Positions 63,396-64,000 of a stretch of DNA of 64,000 nt are shown piece after piece; position 1 is the first letter of the stretch, and every line of letters starts with the position of its first letter. The notes beneath the pieces were generated by a model. That model ran no database searches, was not told the DNA's origin, and saw only the letters and a program-made list of their open reading frames with translations. This DNA is from Vicugna vicugna (lineage: Eukaryota): assembly GCA_013265495.1 (NCBI GenBank), contig MU058009.1, forward strand, positions 436,001-500,000. Direction: 5' to 3'. Made by a program: the position numbers and the translations under genes.

Positions 63396-64000
63396 ACGAA
63401 AACAGCAAAGAGCAAACTGCCTGGCTCTAAGAGGCCCATCCCCTTGGAAACCTCTTTTTAATACAAAGGCAAAGCTTTTAGGACTATTTTTATCAGTTGG
63501 ACACTGGACTTCAGATGATGCATTTCAAGCTTCATTTGGCACAAAATCTAGGTGGTTTAAACCAGCCTTCAACGTAAACATCTGCATTTTTATGGCCAAA
63601 GGCCCCCACACTTATGATTACTTGCTATTTTGCTGTTGCTGGTTAAATTGTGCCCTGATATTTACTGCATCTCTGGCTCTAATCAGAACTGATTACTCAC
63701 AGGGATATTACAGTTGTTAAAGAGACCCGGTCTGAAGCAACATCAATATGACAGACTTCCGGTCACAAAATCTTTTATGAATAAGGGGTCATTCCTAGTA
63801 ACATTTCCTTAAGACTTCTTAGCCACACTTCTTAGTTCGGCTTCTGCTGCTTTTCCACTGATGAGTCTAAGTCGATGTTTTTGACAGCAGGGAAAGAAAT
63901 AATCTGTTTTATAAGACTGCTCTTACTTGGACCAAGAAAGTCTGTCTCCTGCTACCACTCAGCACATCTATAGCTTAGGGGGAAGGTGATCAAGGAGGGA

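Noticed and set aside
1..64000. CRISPR arrays, tRNA, rRNA, snRNA, operons, intact transposases or viral ORFs
   Set aside because: None seen; all mobile elements are degenerate non-coding remnants

Overview
Mammalian non-coding DNA (intron or gene desert), not microbial. I recognise no protein-coding gene, RNA gene or CRISPR array, and the listed ORFs look like chance ORFs. The window has many old eutherian repeats: MIR, L2, L3/CR1, L1M, a MER68-like ERVL solo LTR, and hAT and Tigger DNA transposons. It also has two cetartiodactyl-type L1 3' ends. I saw no cattle (Bov), pig (PRE1) or whale (CHR) SINEs, which tentatively suggests a camelid. Between the repeats lie repeat-free blocks rich in homeodomain/TALE motifs that resemble conserved enhancers near a developmental or neuronal gene. 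The most notable observations are: a canonical REST/RE1 site inside an L2 3' end, plus a wide-spaced RE1-like site; a recent 260-bp, 98% identical non-tandem duplication; local clusters of A/T-to-G/C change in old repeats, suggesting GC-biased gene conversion; and a few palindrome or template-switch structures. I found no convincing novel multi-gene system. Repeat families and boundaries come from by-eye comparison with remembered consensus sequences and are approximate.
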